From: Pseudomonas sp. | GTDB taxonomy: Bacteria > Pseudomonadota > Gammaproteobacteria > Pseudomonadales > Pseudomonadaceae | DNA length: 64,000 nt | Assembly (NCBI RefSeq): GCF_051660785.1 | Contig: NZ_JBOFQE010000012.1 | Location: 347-64,346, forward strand | Reading direction: 5' to 3' | Shown here: positions 34,434-43,695 of the stretch, one piece after another | How the letters are laid out: each line of letters begins with the position of its first letter | Numbering within the stretch: position 1 is the stretch's first letter | The notes under the pieces: generated by a model | The model's input: the letters and a program-made list of their open reading frames with translations, nothing else | The model's database searches: none | Told to the model about the DNA's origin: nothing | Program-made: the position numbers and the translations under genes

Positions 34434-35111
34434 CTACGAATGATGATCGCCATGATGGGAATTGCCAGCCCAAACACTCACCGCCGGAATAGCCTGCACC
34501 AACCCCATCCGCTCAAGCACTTCCCTCGTCAACACGCCCTCATACGTATCCGTCGCCCTGCCCCATTGCTCGACGATACCCAGGCCATCTACCAACGCCT
34601 CACCCAAGCCGCTAATCGTATCGGCCAATGCCTCCACGATGGTTTGAGTGCGTAACCACAGGCGATCCGTAATCTCTTTCAGCTCTGCCGCTATACGGGC
34701 AGACGAAGCCGGATCCGTCTCCGGGTAGGTGATGTTGCGCAGTAAGTGCCGTAATTCCCTTATTTTTGCGTAGTCCTGTTCCGCCCCAAGCTCACCCCTC
34801 AGAATGGCGGTCGCCTTCGGCTTATCGACGCGACTCCCGGACGAATGCTTTAAAGCCAATGCCTGCGCCATAGCGCCAGCAAAGAGGACCATCATCCGGG
34901 CTTCCAGATGCTCCTTCATTGCCTCAATGGAGGAAATCGAACGCGCCAAGGTAATGGAGGCGCCGGCTTGATGCCTCAAGTCCATGGTGATGGTCAGGCT
35001 CACGCCACCCGTTTCAAATCCCAGGGCCCGGGCAACGACGTAGTGGCCCATTTCGTGATTGGCAATCTGCACGGCGTGATCCCGGACAGCGGGAGGCATC
35101 TTCTTCGTCAT
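34434..35111 (-). CDS. Stand-alone peptidase M41 (FtsH protease domain)-like zinc metalloprotease
   Basis: ANHEMGHYVVA (HExxH), LEARMMVLFAGAMAQ resembling FtsH LESQISTLYGGRLAE, and GAEQD resembling FtsH GASND (third ligand). No AAA+ or TM domain. GAGGTG RBS 6 nt before ATG 35111. Confidence 0.75.
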   Translation of the reverse strand: MTKKMPPAVRDHAVQIANHEMGHYVVARALGFETGGVSLTITMDLRHQAGASITLARSISSIEAMKEHLEARMMVLFAGAMAQALALKHSSGSRVDKPKATAILRGELGAEQDYAKIRELRHLLRNITYPETDPASSARIAAELKEITDRLWLRTQTIVEALADTISGLGEALVDGLGIVEQWGRATDTYEGVLTREVLERMGLVQAIPAVSVWAGNSHHGDHHS

Positions 35112-35145
35112 TTTGGTCACCTCGCATCCCTCGATTTCTCATTCG

Positions 35146-35174
35146 ACTATGACTGACAGTGGGTGTCCATCCAA
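35146..35174 (-). promoter_or_regulatory. Putative sigma70 promoter for the M41 gene
   Basis: Minus strand TTGGAT-17 bp-CATAGT; the -35 lies inside the third tRNA-derived repeat. Confidence 0.45.
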
Positions 35175-35206
35175 TAGAAAAAGCCGCGCAATGGCGCGGC
35201 TTTTTC
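35158..35206 (+). repeat. Third, heavily decayed copy of the tRNA 3' end plus terminator (right islet boundary; also a bidirectional terminator)
   Basis: GTGGGTGTCCATCCAATAGAAAAAGCCGCGC-AATG-GCGCGGCTTTTT; the GCCGCGC/GCGCGGC stem is identical to that of the tRNA terminator. Confidence 0.65.
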
Positions 35207-35224
35207 GTACCTGCGATTCAGTCT

Positions 35225-37588
35225 TTACTTGGGTAAGGCGTACGCAATTACATAGTCCCCCCGATCCGGCGACTGACGTGCGCCACCTACCGTCAGCAGG
35301 ATGTACTGCTTACCGGTTTTCGGCGAAACGTAAGTCATCGGGCCGGACTGACTACCCACAGGCAAGCGCGCCTTCCAGATCTCGTTGCCATTGCCGGTAT
35401 CGAAAGCGCGCAGGTAAAAATCCTGAGTGCCCGCGAAGAACAACAGGCCCGACTGAGTCGCCAGCGAAGCGCCGAGGGTCGGCATGCCGATCGGAATCGG
35501 CAGGTGCATGCGGATGCCCAGCGGACCGGTGTCTTGCACCGTGCCGACCGGGACTTGCCACATCAGTTTGTGGGTCTTGAGATCGATGGCCGACATCGTG
35601 CCGAACGGCGGTTTCTGGCACGGAATGCCTGCTGCCGAGAGGAAACGTTCGCGCATCGCACCGAACGGTGTGCCTTCCTGCGGCACCACGCCCATTTCAA
35701 TACCGCTGGCCCCGGCGGCGATCTTGTCGCGCGGGATCATGTAGTTGGCCAGGCCCAGGCGCATGTCGTTGACGAACATGTAATTCGTGTTCGGGTCCAC
35801 CGATACGCTGCCCCAGTTCATGCCGCCCAGCGAGCCCGGAAATTGCAACGCACGATCAAGGCCTGGCGGGGTGTAGACGCCTTCGTGGCGCATGCCTTTG
35901 AACTGGATGCGGCACATCAACTGGTCGAACGGCGTGGCGCCCCACATGTCGGATTCGGTCAGGGTTTTATTGCCGATTGACGGCATGTCCACCGAGAACG
36001 GCTGGGTCGGCGAGTAGCGCTCACCAGGCACGTTGCCTTGCGGCACCTTACGTTCTTCGACGCGGGCGATCGGCACGCCGGTCTCGCGGTTGAGCAGGAA
36101 GATCTCGCCCTGTTTGGTGACTTGCGCCAGGGCTGGCTGCATTCCGCCCTTGTCGTCCGGCACGTCGTACAGCAACGGTTGCGCCGGCAGGTCGAAATCC
36201 CACAGGTCGTGGTGAGTGGTCTGGAAGTGCCAGCGCACCTGACCGGTCTTCACGTCGATGGCGACGATGGACGAGTTCCACTTGTCGTCGAACTCGGTGC
36301 GCTGACCGCCGAAGAAGTCCGGCGTGGCGTTGCCGGTGGGCAGGTACACCAGACCGAGTCTGGCGTCGTAGGACATGGCCGACCAGACGTTCGGCGTGCC
36401 ACGGGAGTACGTCTCGCCAGCGGGCGGGCGTTTGGTGGTGTTCGGGTTGCCCGGATCCCACGCCCAGACCAATTCGCCGCTGCGCACGTCGTAGGCGCGG
36501 ACCACGCCTGGCGGTTCGCCAGTGGAGTAGTTATCGGCCACACGGCCACCGACGATCACCACATCACCGGCGACCAGCGGCGTCGAGGTCTGCTGGTAGT
36601 AACCCGGTTTCACTTCGCCCATGTCGGTGGTCAGATCGACCGTGCCCTGGTTGCCAAACTCTTCACATGGCTTGCCGGTGTCGGCATTGATCGCGATCAG
36701 ACGCGCATCGCCGGTCGGCAGAAACAGACGTTTCGTACAGGCAGTCGGCTGATTGTCCGAAGACGCGGGGGTTTCGGAATAGCCCAGGCCACGGCAACGC
36801 TGCCAGTTCGGCGCGGTGCCTTGCGGGTCGAACTTCCAGCGTTGGGCGCCGGTGTCAGCGTCCAGGGCGAAGACTTTCCCGTAGGCGGTGCAGGTGTAGA
36901 CCGTGTCGCCGATCTGCAGCGGCGTATTCTGGTCTTCGGCGCCGGCGCCCGTGCTTTGCGGGATGTCGCCGGTGCGGAAGGTCCAGGCCACCTGCAACTT
37001 GTCGATGTTGCCTTTGTTAATCTGGTCCAGCGCGGCAAAGCGGTTGCCAGCGGTGGTATTGCCCCAGTGGGCCCAGTCTTTCTGCTCGGAGCCCGGTTTG
37101 ACCGGCGTTACGGCCGGCTCAGTCGTGGCTTCGACAACGTGGGTCGGCACGAACATGTAGGCCATGGTTGCAACAACGCTAACGCCCAAGATGCCGGCCA
37201 AGCCATAAGCCCCACGGCCCGCCGTCGCGCCCGAAGCACGCGCCAGCGCTGGATAAATCAGCGCGATCACCAGGCCGATCACGGCAAAGGTCAACACTCG
37301 CGAAACCAGCGGCCAGTATTCAAAACCGCTGTCCCACACAGCCCAGATCGCCGTCAGGATCAACGCCACGCCATACAACCACGCGCCTTGCGGTTTACGA
37401 CGGGCAATCATCAGCCCGGACACCAACATCGCCAGGCCCATCAGCAGGAAGTACCAGCTCCCGCCAAGCGCCACCAGATAACCACCGCCACCGGCCAGAC
37501 CAAGCCCGATCAAGGCAATCAGGACACCCAGCCCCACCAGTAACCATTTGCCGCCGGTGGCAGCCCCAGAATTATTCATGTCGATCAT
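35225..37588 (-). CDS. Membrane-bound PQQ-dependent dehydrogenase, glucose/quinate/shikimate family (QuiA-like)
   Basis: Five N-terminal TM helices, beta-propeller W motifs, WQRCRGLGY, HHDLWDFDLPAQP and GSLGGMNWGS; probable start ATG 37588. Confidence 0.9.
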   Translation of the reverse strand: MIDMNNSGAATGGKWLLVGLGVLIALIGLGLAGGGGYLVALGGSWYFLLMGLAMLVSGLMIARRKPQGAWLYGVALILTAIWAVWDSGFEYWPLVSRVLTFAVIGLVIALIYPALARASGATAGRGAYGLAGILGVSVVATMAYMFVPTHVVEATTEPAVTPVKPGSEQKDWAHWGNTTAGNRFAALDQINKGNIDKLQVAWTFRTGDIPQSTGAGAEDQNTPLQIGDTVYTCTAYGKVFALDADTGAQRWKFDPQGTAPNWQRCRGLGYSETPASSDNQPTACTKRLFLPTGDARLIAINADTGKPCEEFGNQGTVDLTTDMGEVKPGYYQQTSTPLVAGDVVIVGGRVADNYSTGEPPGVVRAYDVRSGELVWAWDPGNPNTTKRPPAGETYSRGTPNVWSAMSYDARLGLVYLPTGNATPDFFGGQRTEFDDKWNSSIVAIDVKTGQVRWHFQTTHHDLWDFDLPAQPLLYDVPDDKGGMQPALAQVTKQGEIFLLNRETGVPIARVEERKVPQGNVPGERYSPTQPFSVDMPSIGNKTLTESDMWGATPFDQLMCRIQFKGMRHEGVYTPPGLDRALQFPGSLGGMNWGSVSVDPNTNYMFVNDMRLGLANYMIPRDKIAAGASGIEMGVVPQEGTPFGAMRERFLSAAGIPCQKPPFGTMSAIDLKTHKLMWQVPVGTVQDTGPLGIRMHLPIPIGMPTLGASLATQSGLLFFAGTQDFYLRAFDTGNGNEIWKARLPVGSQSGPMTYVSPKTGKQYILLTVGGARQSPDRGDYVIAYALPK

Positions 37589-37753
37589 TTTCCCCGTTTC
37601 TGACAAGCGCGGAATGATGTACTACCTAGTTACTTATGGCAATTTGTCGCAGATGAAAATGTCCCGAACGGTACTGATGCCAGATCACACATCCGCTGTG
37701 CGAGCCGTGCTGTAACATGCCGACTCACTGATTTGTGTTGCCGGAGACGCCCC

Positions 37754-38215
37754 TTGCCTGACACCCGCCCGCCTGTTCTTGACGAAATCGACCGCCAATT
37801 GATCGCGGCGTTGCAGATCAACGCCCGCGAAAGCGTGGCCATGCTTGCTCGCCAATTAGGCATCGCACGGACCACGGTGACTTCACGTCTGGCGCGGCTG
37901 GAGAAGGCCAAAGTCATCACCGGTTACGGTGTGCGTCTGGGTCAACGGGTGGTGGACGGTGGATTGCAGGCGTATGTCGGGATCACGGTGCAACCGCGCT
38001 CGGGCAAGGAAGTGCTGCGTCGGCTCAGCGCCATGGCCCAGGTGCAGCAGTTATGTGCGGTGAGTGGCGAATTTGATTATGTGGCGTGGTTGCGCACGGA
38101 CTCGCCGGAGCAGCTGGATCAGTTGCTGGATCAGATTGGCAGTGTGGATGGGGTGGAGAAGACCACGACTTCGATCATCTTGAGTAGCAAGATAGATCGG
38201 GGGCAGCCGGTTTGA
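37754..38215 (+). CDS. Lrp/AsnC-family transcriptional regulator
   Basis: LDEIDRQLIAALQINARES HTH and AVSGEFDY RAM domain; GGAGA RBS with TTG start at 37754. Confidence 0.9.
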   Translation: MPDTRPPVLDEIDRQLIAALQINARESVAMLARQLGIARTTVTSRLARLEKAKVITGYGVRLGQRVVDGGLQAYVGITVQPRSGKEVLRRLSAMAQVQQLCAVSGEFDYVAWLRTDSPEQLDQLLDQIGSVDGVEKTTTSIILSSKIDRGQPV

Positions 38216-38238
38216 TTTGCAGTGACCTTGAGGGCCTC

Positions 38239-38263
38239 ATCGCGAGCAGGCTCGCTCCCACAG
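38239..38263. repeat. Single REP
   Basis: ATCGCGAGCAGGCTCGCTCCCACAG with no partner arm. Confidence 0.85.
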
Positions 38264-38421
38264 TGGTCAGTATGTAGCAATAGATCGTCATAGTGATCAA
38301 GTAATTGGCAAAACGACGACACATTGCGTCTTATTAACGTGTTCTACGCTCTCTAGAATGGCTGCCATCTTTTCCTATACTCAGATGCGCATTCCGCGTC
38401 GGTTCGCCAGTAAGGTCAGTC

Positions 38422-40104
38422 ATGAACAAGAACAATCGCCATCCTGCAGACGGTAAAAAACCAGTCACCATTTTCGGCCCGGACTTTCCTTTCGCCTTTG
38501 ACGACTGGATCGAACACCCGGCCGGCCTGGGCAGCATTCCGGCGCACAATCATGGCGCCGAAGTGGCGATTGTCGGCGCGGGAATCGCCGGGCTGGTGGC
38601 GGCATACGAGTTGATGAAACTGGGCCTCAAACCAGTCGTCTACGAAGCCTCGAAAATGGGTGGCCGGCTACGCTCGCAGGCGTTCAACGGGACCGATGGC
38701 ATCGTCGCCGAACTGGGCGGCATGCGCTTCCCGGTGTCGTCCACGGCGTTTTATCACTATGTCGATAAGCTCGGTCTCGAGACCAAACCTTTTCCCAATC
38801 CGCTGACGCCGGCCTCTGGCAGCACCGTGATCGACCTGGAAGGCAAAACCCACTACGCACAGAAACTGGCGGATCTTCCTGCACTGTTCCAGGAAGTCGC
38901 TGACGCGTGGGCGGATGCGCTGGAGGCCGGCTCGCAGTTCTCCGATATCCAGCAAGCGATCCGCGACCGTGACGTGCCGCGTCTCAAAGAGCTCTGGAAC
39001 ACGCTGGTTCCGTTGTGGGACGACCGCACTTTCTACGACTTTGTCGCCACCTCCGAAGCCTTCGCCAAGCTCTCGTTCCATCACCGCGAAGTGTTCGGCC
39101 AGGTTGGTTTTGGCACCGGCGGCTGGGACTCGGACTTCCCGAACTCGATGCTGGAAATCTTCCGCGTCGTGATGACCAACTGCGACGATCACCAACACCT
39201 GGTGGTCGGCGGCGTCGAACAAGTGCCGCAAGGCATCTGGCGCCATGTGCCGGAACGTTGCGTGCACTGGCCCGAAGGCACCAGCCTCAAGTCGCTGCAC
39301 AGAGGTGCGCCACGCTCCGGAGTCAAGAAAATCGCCCACGCTGCGGACGGCCGTTTTGCGGTCACCGATAACAACGGCGACACCCGCGAATACGCAGCAG
39401 TGCTGACCACCTGCCAGAGCTGGCTGCTGACCACGCAGATCGAATGCGACGAAACCCTGTTCTCGCAAAAGATGTGGATGGCCCTCGACCGCACCCGCTA
39501 CATGCAGTCGTCGAAAACCTTCGTGATGGTCGACCGCCCGTTCTGGAAAGACAAGGATCCGGAAACCGGCCGCGACCTGATGAGCATGACCCTCACCGAT
39601 CGCCTGACCCGCGGCACTTACCTGTTCGACAACGGCGACGACAAGCCGGGCGTGATTTGCCTTTCGTACTCGTGGATGAGCGATGCGTTGAAAATGCTCC
39701 CGCACCCCGTGGAAAAACGCGTAGAACTCGCGTTGAACGCGTTGAAAAAGATCTACCCGAAAGTCGACATCGCCGCGCGGATCATCGGCGATCCGATCAC
39801 CGTGTCTTGGGAAGCCGACCCGCACTTCCTCGGCGCGTTCAAAGGCGCCCTGCCCGGCCACTACCGGTACAACCAGCGCATGTACGCGCACTTCATGCAG
39901 GACGACATGCCGGCCGAACAACGCGGGATTTTCATCGCGGGCGACGACGTTTCATGGACGCCGGCGTGGGTTGAAGGCGCGGTGCAGACCTCGCTCAATG
40001 CGGTGTGGGGCATCATGAAACACTTCGGCGGTGAAACTCACGCCGAGAACCCGGGTCCAGGTGATGTGTTCAACGAGATCGGTCCGATCGCCCTGCCCGA
40101 GTAA
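38422..40104 (+). CDS. davB: L-lysine 2-monooxygenase (flavin amine oxidase family)
   Basis: GAGIAG FAD motif and GGRLRS; paired with a nitrilase-family amidase and located before pqqF, as in P. putida. Confidence 0.85.
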   Translation: MNKNNRHPADGKKPVTIFGPDFPFAFDDWIEHPAGLGSIPAHNHGAEVAIVGAGIAGLVAAYELMKLGLKPVVYEASKMGGRLRSQAFNGTDGIVAELGGMRFPVSSTAFYHYVDKLGLETKPFPNPLTPASGSTVIDLEGKTHYAQKLADLPALFQEVADAWADALEAGSQFSDIQQAIRDRDVPRLKELWNTLVPLWDDRTFYDFVATSEAFAKLSFHHREVFGQVGFGTGGWDSDFPNSMLEIFRVVMTNCDDHQHLVVGGVEQVPQGIWRHVPERCVHWPEGTSLKSLHRGAPRSGVKKIAHAADGRFAVTDNNGDTREYAAVLTTCQSWLLTTQIECDETLFSQKMWMALDRTRYMQSSKTFVMVDRPFWKDKDPETGRDLMSMTLTDRLTRGTYLFDNGDDKPGVICLSYSWMSDALKMLPHPVEKRVELALNALKKIYPKVDIAARIIGDPITVSWEADPHFLGAFKGALPGHYRYNQRMYAHFMQDDMPAEQRGIFIAGDDVSWTPAWVEGAVQTSLNAVWGIMKHFGGETHAENPGPGDVFNEIGPIALPE

Positions 40105-40116
40105 AAGGAGTTCTAA

Positions 40117-40911
40117 ATGCGCGTAGCCCTTTACCAATGTCCGCCGCTGCCCCTGGATGTCGCCGGCAACCTGCACCGCCTGCATCAATTGGCGCTTGAG
40201 GCCAAAGGCGCAGATTTGCTGGTGCTGCCGGAGATGTTCCTGACCGGCTACAACATCGGCGTCGATGCCGTCAGTGTCCTCGCGGAGGTGCACAACGGTG
40301 AGTCGGCGCAACAGATCGCGCGCATTGCCAAGACGGCCGGGATCGCCATTTTGTACGGCTACCCCGAGCGTACCGAGGGCGGGCAGATCTACAACGCCGT
40401 GCAGTTGATCGACGCCAACGGCGAGCGCCTGTGCAACTACCGCAAGACTCACCTGTTCGGCGACCTCGATCACTCGATGTTCAGCGCCGGTCAAGATCAG
40501 TTTCCGCTGGTGGAGCTCAATGGCTGGAAACTCGGCTTTCTGATCTGCTACGACCTGGAATTCCCGGAGAACGCCCGACGCCTGGCCCTGGCCGGCGCCG
40601 AGCTGATCCTGGTGCCGACGGCGAACATGATTCCCTTCGACTTCGTTGCCGACGTCACCGTCCGTGCCCGCGCCTTCGAAAACCAGTGTTATGTGGCCTA
40701 CGCCAACTACTGCGGGAAGGAAGGCGAGATCAATTACTGCGGCCAAAGCAGCATCGCCGCGCCGGATGGCAGCCGCATCGCCCAGGCGGGCCTGGATGAA
40801 GCACTGATTGTCGGTGAGCTGGATCGTCAGTTGATGGTCGATTCCCGCGCCGCCAATCGTTACTTGATCGATCGCCGCCCAGAGCTTTACGGCGAGCTGA
40901 ACAAGCGCTGA
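40117..40911 (+). CDS. davA: 5-aminovaleramide amidohydrolase (carbon-nitrogen hydrolase)
   Basis: Catalytic triad contexts LPEMF (E), YRKTHL (K) and ICYDLEF (C). Confidence 0.85.
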   Translation: MRVALYQCPPLPLDVAGNLHRLHQLALEAKGADLLVLPEMFLTGYNIGVDAVSVLAEVHNGESAQQIARIAKTAGIAILYGYPERTEGGQIYNAVQLIDANGERLCNYRKTHLFGDLDHSMFSAGQDQFPLVELNGWKLGFLICYDLEFPENARRLALAGAELILVPTANMIPFDFVADVTVRARAFENQCYVAYANYCGKEGEINYCGQSSIAAPDGSRIAQAGLDEALIVGELDRQLMVDSRAANRYLIDRRPELYGELNKR

Positions 40912-40959
40912 TCCATCGTTATCCGCTAGCATTGGCACTTCTCTGCTCTGGAAGTGCTC

Positions 40960-43386
40960 ATGCCTGCGCTGAATCACCCTCGCCCCCACACTGAAACCCT
41001 GGCCGACGGCCTGCGGGTGACGCTGCGTCATGCTCCCGATTTGAAGCGCTGCGCCGCTGCGTTGCGGGTTTTCGCGGGCAGTCACGACGTGCCGCTGGCA
41101 TGGCCCGGCCTCGCGCATTTTCTTGAGCACTTGCTGTTTCTGGGTACGGAGCGCTTTACTGCAGGGCAAGGGCTGATGGCCTACGTGCAAGGCCATGGCG
41201 GCCAGGTCAATGCGCGCACCAGCGAACGCACGACCGACTTCTTTTTCGAACTGCCGCCTCAGGCGTTTAACGGTGGGCTGGAGCGTCTGTCAGACATGCT
41301 CGCTCATCCGCGTATGAATCTGGACGATCAGAAGCGGGAACGGGAAGTGCTGCACGCTGAATTTGTCGCATGGTCCCGGGATGCCACCGCTCAGCAGCAG
41401 TTCGCGTTGTTCGATGGATTGTCGGCCGCTCATCCGCTTCGGGCATTTCATGCAGGCAACCGGTACAGCCTGCCGGTGCCGCAGCCGGAGTTTCAGCAAG
41501 CGTTGAAGGATTTCTATCGGCAGTTTTATCAGACCGGGCAGATGACGTTGAGCCTGACTGGCCCACAAAGTCTCGATGAGTTGAGGGCAATGGCTCAGCA
41601 CTTTGGCGATGCGATTGCCGTCGGGGAAAAGGTCGCGCAACAAGCGCCTGCACCGCTGATGGATTCTTCCGACAAAAGTTATCAACAGGCTGGCGAACAT
41701 CGGCTCGATCTTCTGTTCGCGTTCGAAGCGTTGCCCGACTCATCCCGCGAAGCTTTAGCGTTCCTGTGTCATTGGCTGAACGCCGCGAAACCTGGCGGTC
41801 TGCTGGCTGAATTGCGCGAGCAAGGGCTGGCGGACAGCCTGAAGGCCACGCCGCTGTATCAGTTCGCCGGGCAAGCGTTGCTGCACGTCGAGTTCACCAC
41901 AGATAAACCGGGGAGCACGATCCGCGAGCGGCTTGTGGATTGGCTGGGCTTTTTTGCTGCTCACCAGAACTGGACCGAGTTGCGCAAAGAGTACACCGCC
42001 CTGCTCGACCGTCAGCAACAAGTCAGCAGCGCCCTGCAACGGGTGCGACTGGACAGCGAGCAGCTTGAAGCAGGCTTATCCGAACAGGGCGTCGTAGCGC
42101 TCCAGGACATCCTGAAGAAAATCGGCGCTGTGGATAACTTCAGCAGTGAATGGCAATTGCCAACGCCCAACCCTTTTTTACGTGCTGAAGCGCTAGTGGC
42201 CAATGCCGGGCTGATTCGTGGCCAGACCAGCAAACACCGCGGCCTGCGGACATTTGCCCAGGACCGCTCGCGCAGCCGTCGCGAAAACTCTCCGATGCAG
42301 TTCAGTCAGGCGTTACCGGATAACACCGACGAAGGCGCGATTTATTTGCGCTGGCGATTGCAGGCCAAACCTCACCCTCGTCTTCAATCGAACCTGGAAC
42401 ATCGCCTGCAACCCTTGAGCGAAGATGCCTGTCAGGCGGGCGTCGACTTTTCCTTCAGTGCATCCGGCAATGAATGGCTGCTGAAGATGACAGGACTGCA
42501 GGAGCCGATGCCGACCGTCCTCGAACATGCGCTGAAAGAGCTGACAAAAGCTGACGCCGGTTTCCCACAGGAAGAACCGCCAAGCGTGCCGTTGATGCCG
42601 ATCAGACAGCTGCTGAAGGCGCTGCCCGAGCATTGTCTTGAGCGCACCGCTGAAAGTGATGACGTGCAGCAGCTGTGGACGAGCGCACGCTGGCAAGGTC
42701 TGGCGACGGGCCTGTCGGTACAAACTCAAGCGGCGATGGGCCTGGCTCTGAGCCGCGTGCCAGGTGTTGCGGACGATCAACCGTCGCCGCCCGCCTCGAT
42801 AAACTCTCGGCGTCTGTGGAGCGCGATCGACACCGGCTCCAGCGAACACGCACTGTTGCTGTTTTGTCCGACGGCCACGCCGGACATCGCGGACGAAGCC
42901 GCGTGGCGATTGCTCGCGCACCTGTGCCAGACTCCGTTCTATCAGCGCCTGAGAGTTGAGCTGCAATTGGGTTATGCCGTGTTCAGCGGCCTACGTCAGA
43001 TCAATGGGCAAACCGGGCTGTTGTTCGGCGTTCAATCACCGAGCGTTACTCCTCAGGATCTGCTGCAACACATCGAACGCTTCTTGAGCGAAATGCCTGC
43101 AATGATTGAGGGCATCGATGACGCGACCTTCATCGCCCAGCGACAGGCCTTGGCCGATCAATTCCACTGCACCGCACTGCCCCATCCTCAGGCGGCCGAG
43201 CTGCTTTGGCAGGGGAAACTGGCCGGCCACTCGTCGGATTATCTGGAGCATCTGCCTGAAGCGATTCAGGTGATCGATCGCGAAGAGTTGAAAGCCGCCA
43301 CCCGACGACTGAATCAAGCCGAAGGTGGTTGGCGCTGCTTGGCAAGCAGCGCCTGCACAACGGCGCCCTGGCAAGCGGCAAAATGA
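40960..43386 (+). CDS. pqqF: PQQ biosynthesis M16 peptidase PqqF
   Basis: Inverted zinc motif HFLEH; C-terminal FYQRLRVELQLGY; directly upstream of pqqA. Confidence 0.9.
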   Translation: MPALNHPRPHTETLADGLRVTLRHAPDLKRCAAALRVFAGSHDVPLAWPGLAHFLEHLLFLGTERFTAGQGLMAYVQGHGGQVNARTSERTTDFFFELPPQAFNGGLERLSDMLAHPRMNLDDQKREREVLHAEFVAWSRDATAQQQFALFDGLSAAHPLRAFHAGNRYSLPVPQPEFQQALKDFYRQFYQTGQMTLSLTGPQSLDELRAMAQHFGDAIAVGEKVAQQAPAPLMDSSDKSYQQAGEHRLDLLFAFEALPDSSREALAFLCHWLNAAKPGGLLAELREQGLADSLKATPLYQFAGQALLHVEFTTDKPGSTIRERLVDWLGFFAAHQNWTELRKEYTALLDRQQQVSSALQRVRLDSEQLEAGLSEQGVVALQDILKKIGAVDNFSSEWQLPTPNPFLRAEALVANAGLIRGQTSKHRGLRTFAQDRSRSRRENSPMQFSQALPDNTDEGAIYLRWRLQAKPHPRLQSNLEHRLQPLSEDACQAGVDFSFSASGNEWLLKMTGLQEPMPTVLEHALKELTKADAGFPQEEPPSVPLMPIRQLLKALPEHCLERTAESDDVQQLWTSARWQGLATGLSVQTQAAMGLALSRVPGVADDQPSPPASINSRRLWSAIDTGSSEHALLLFCPTATPDIADEAAWRLLAHLCQTPFYQRLRVELQLGYAVFSGLRQINGQTGLLFGVQSPSVTPQDLLQHIERFLSEMPAMIEGIDDATFIAQRQALADQFHCTALPHPQAAELLWQGKLAGHSSDYLEHLPEAIQVIDREELKAATRRLNQAEGGWRCLASSACTTAPWQAAK

Positions 43387-43541
43387 TCATTACCGACGCT
43401 GCAATTAGCTTTCTCAAAGATTCGCGGCCAATCGCTCTGAAATTTTGAGTAACATAGCCACCTAACTATCTGAACATCTCCGGCTGGAGGTGGACTATAT
43501 GTATAGATCTCAACTGTCTCATCACCTGAAGGAGCGCTCCC

Positions 43542-43616
43542 ATGTCCTGGTCCAAACCCGCTTACACCGACCTGCGTATCGGCTTTGAAGTCACCATGTA
43601 CTTCGCAAGCCGCTAA
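43542..43616 (+). CDS. pqqA: PQQ precursor peptide PqqA (24 aa; absent from the ORF track)
   Basis: MSWSKPAYTDLRIGFEVTMYFASR* with the ExxxY core; AAGGAG RBS. Confidence 0.97.
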   Translation: MSWSKPAYTDLRIGFEVTMYFASR

Positions 43617-43639
43617 GGTCTGTCGTTGTCATGATGTGC

Positions 43640-43671
43640 AACGCCTCGGTTTACCGGGGCGTTTTTATTTT
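43640..43671 (+). terminator. Hairpin plus U-tract between pqqA and pqqB
   Basis: AACGCCTCGG-TTTA-CCGGGGCGTT-TTTATTTT. Confidence 0.75.
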
Positions 43672-43695
43672 CAGCGTTGAAATGATGGAGCGTCC

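Larger units (their letters stand above)
32313..35206. mobile_element. Integrase-less genomic islet / relic at the tRNA(CAU) integration hotspot
   Basis: Bounded and subdivided by decayed copies of the tRNA 3' end plus terminator (32531-32606, 35158-35206). It contains small accessory genes and a phage-type C4 RNA. No recombinase ORF is present. Confidence 0.65.

Noticed and set aside
32313-35206. Intact prophage, ICE, IS or integron
   Set aside because: There is no integrase, transposase, structural or conjugation gene, and the repeats are tRNA-derived rather than attC-like
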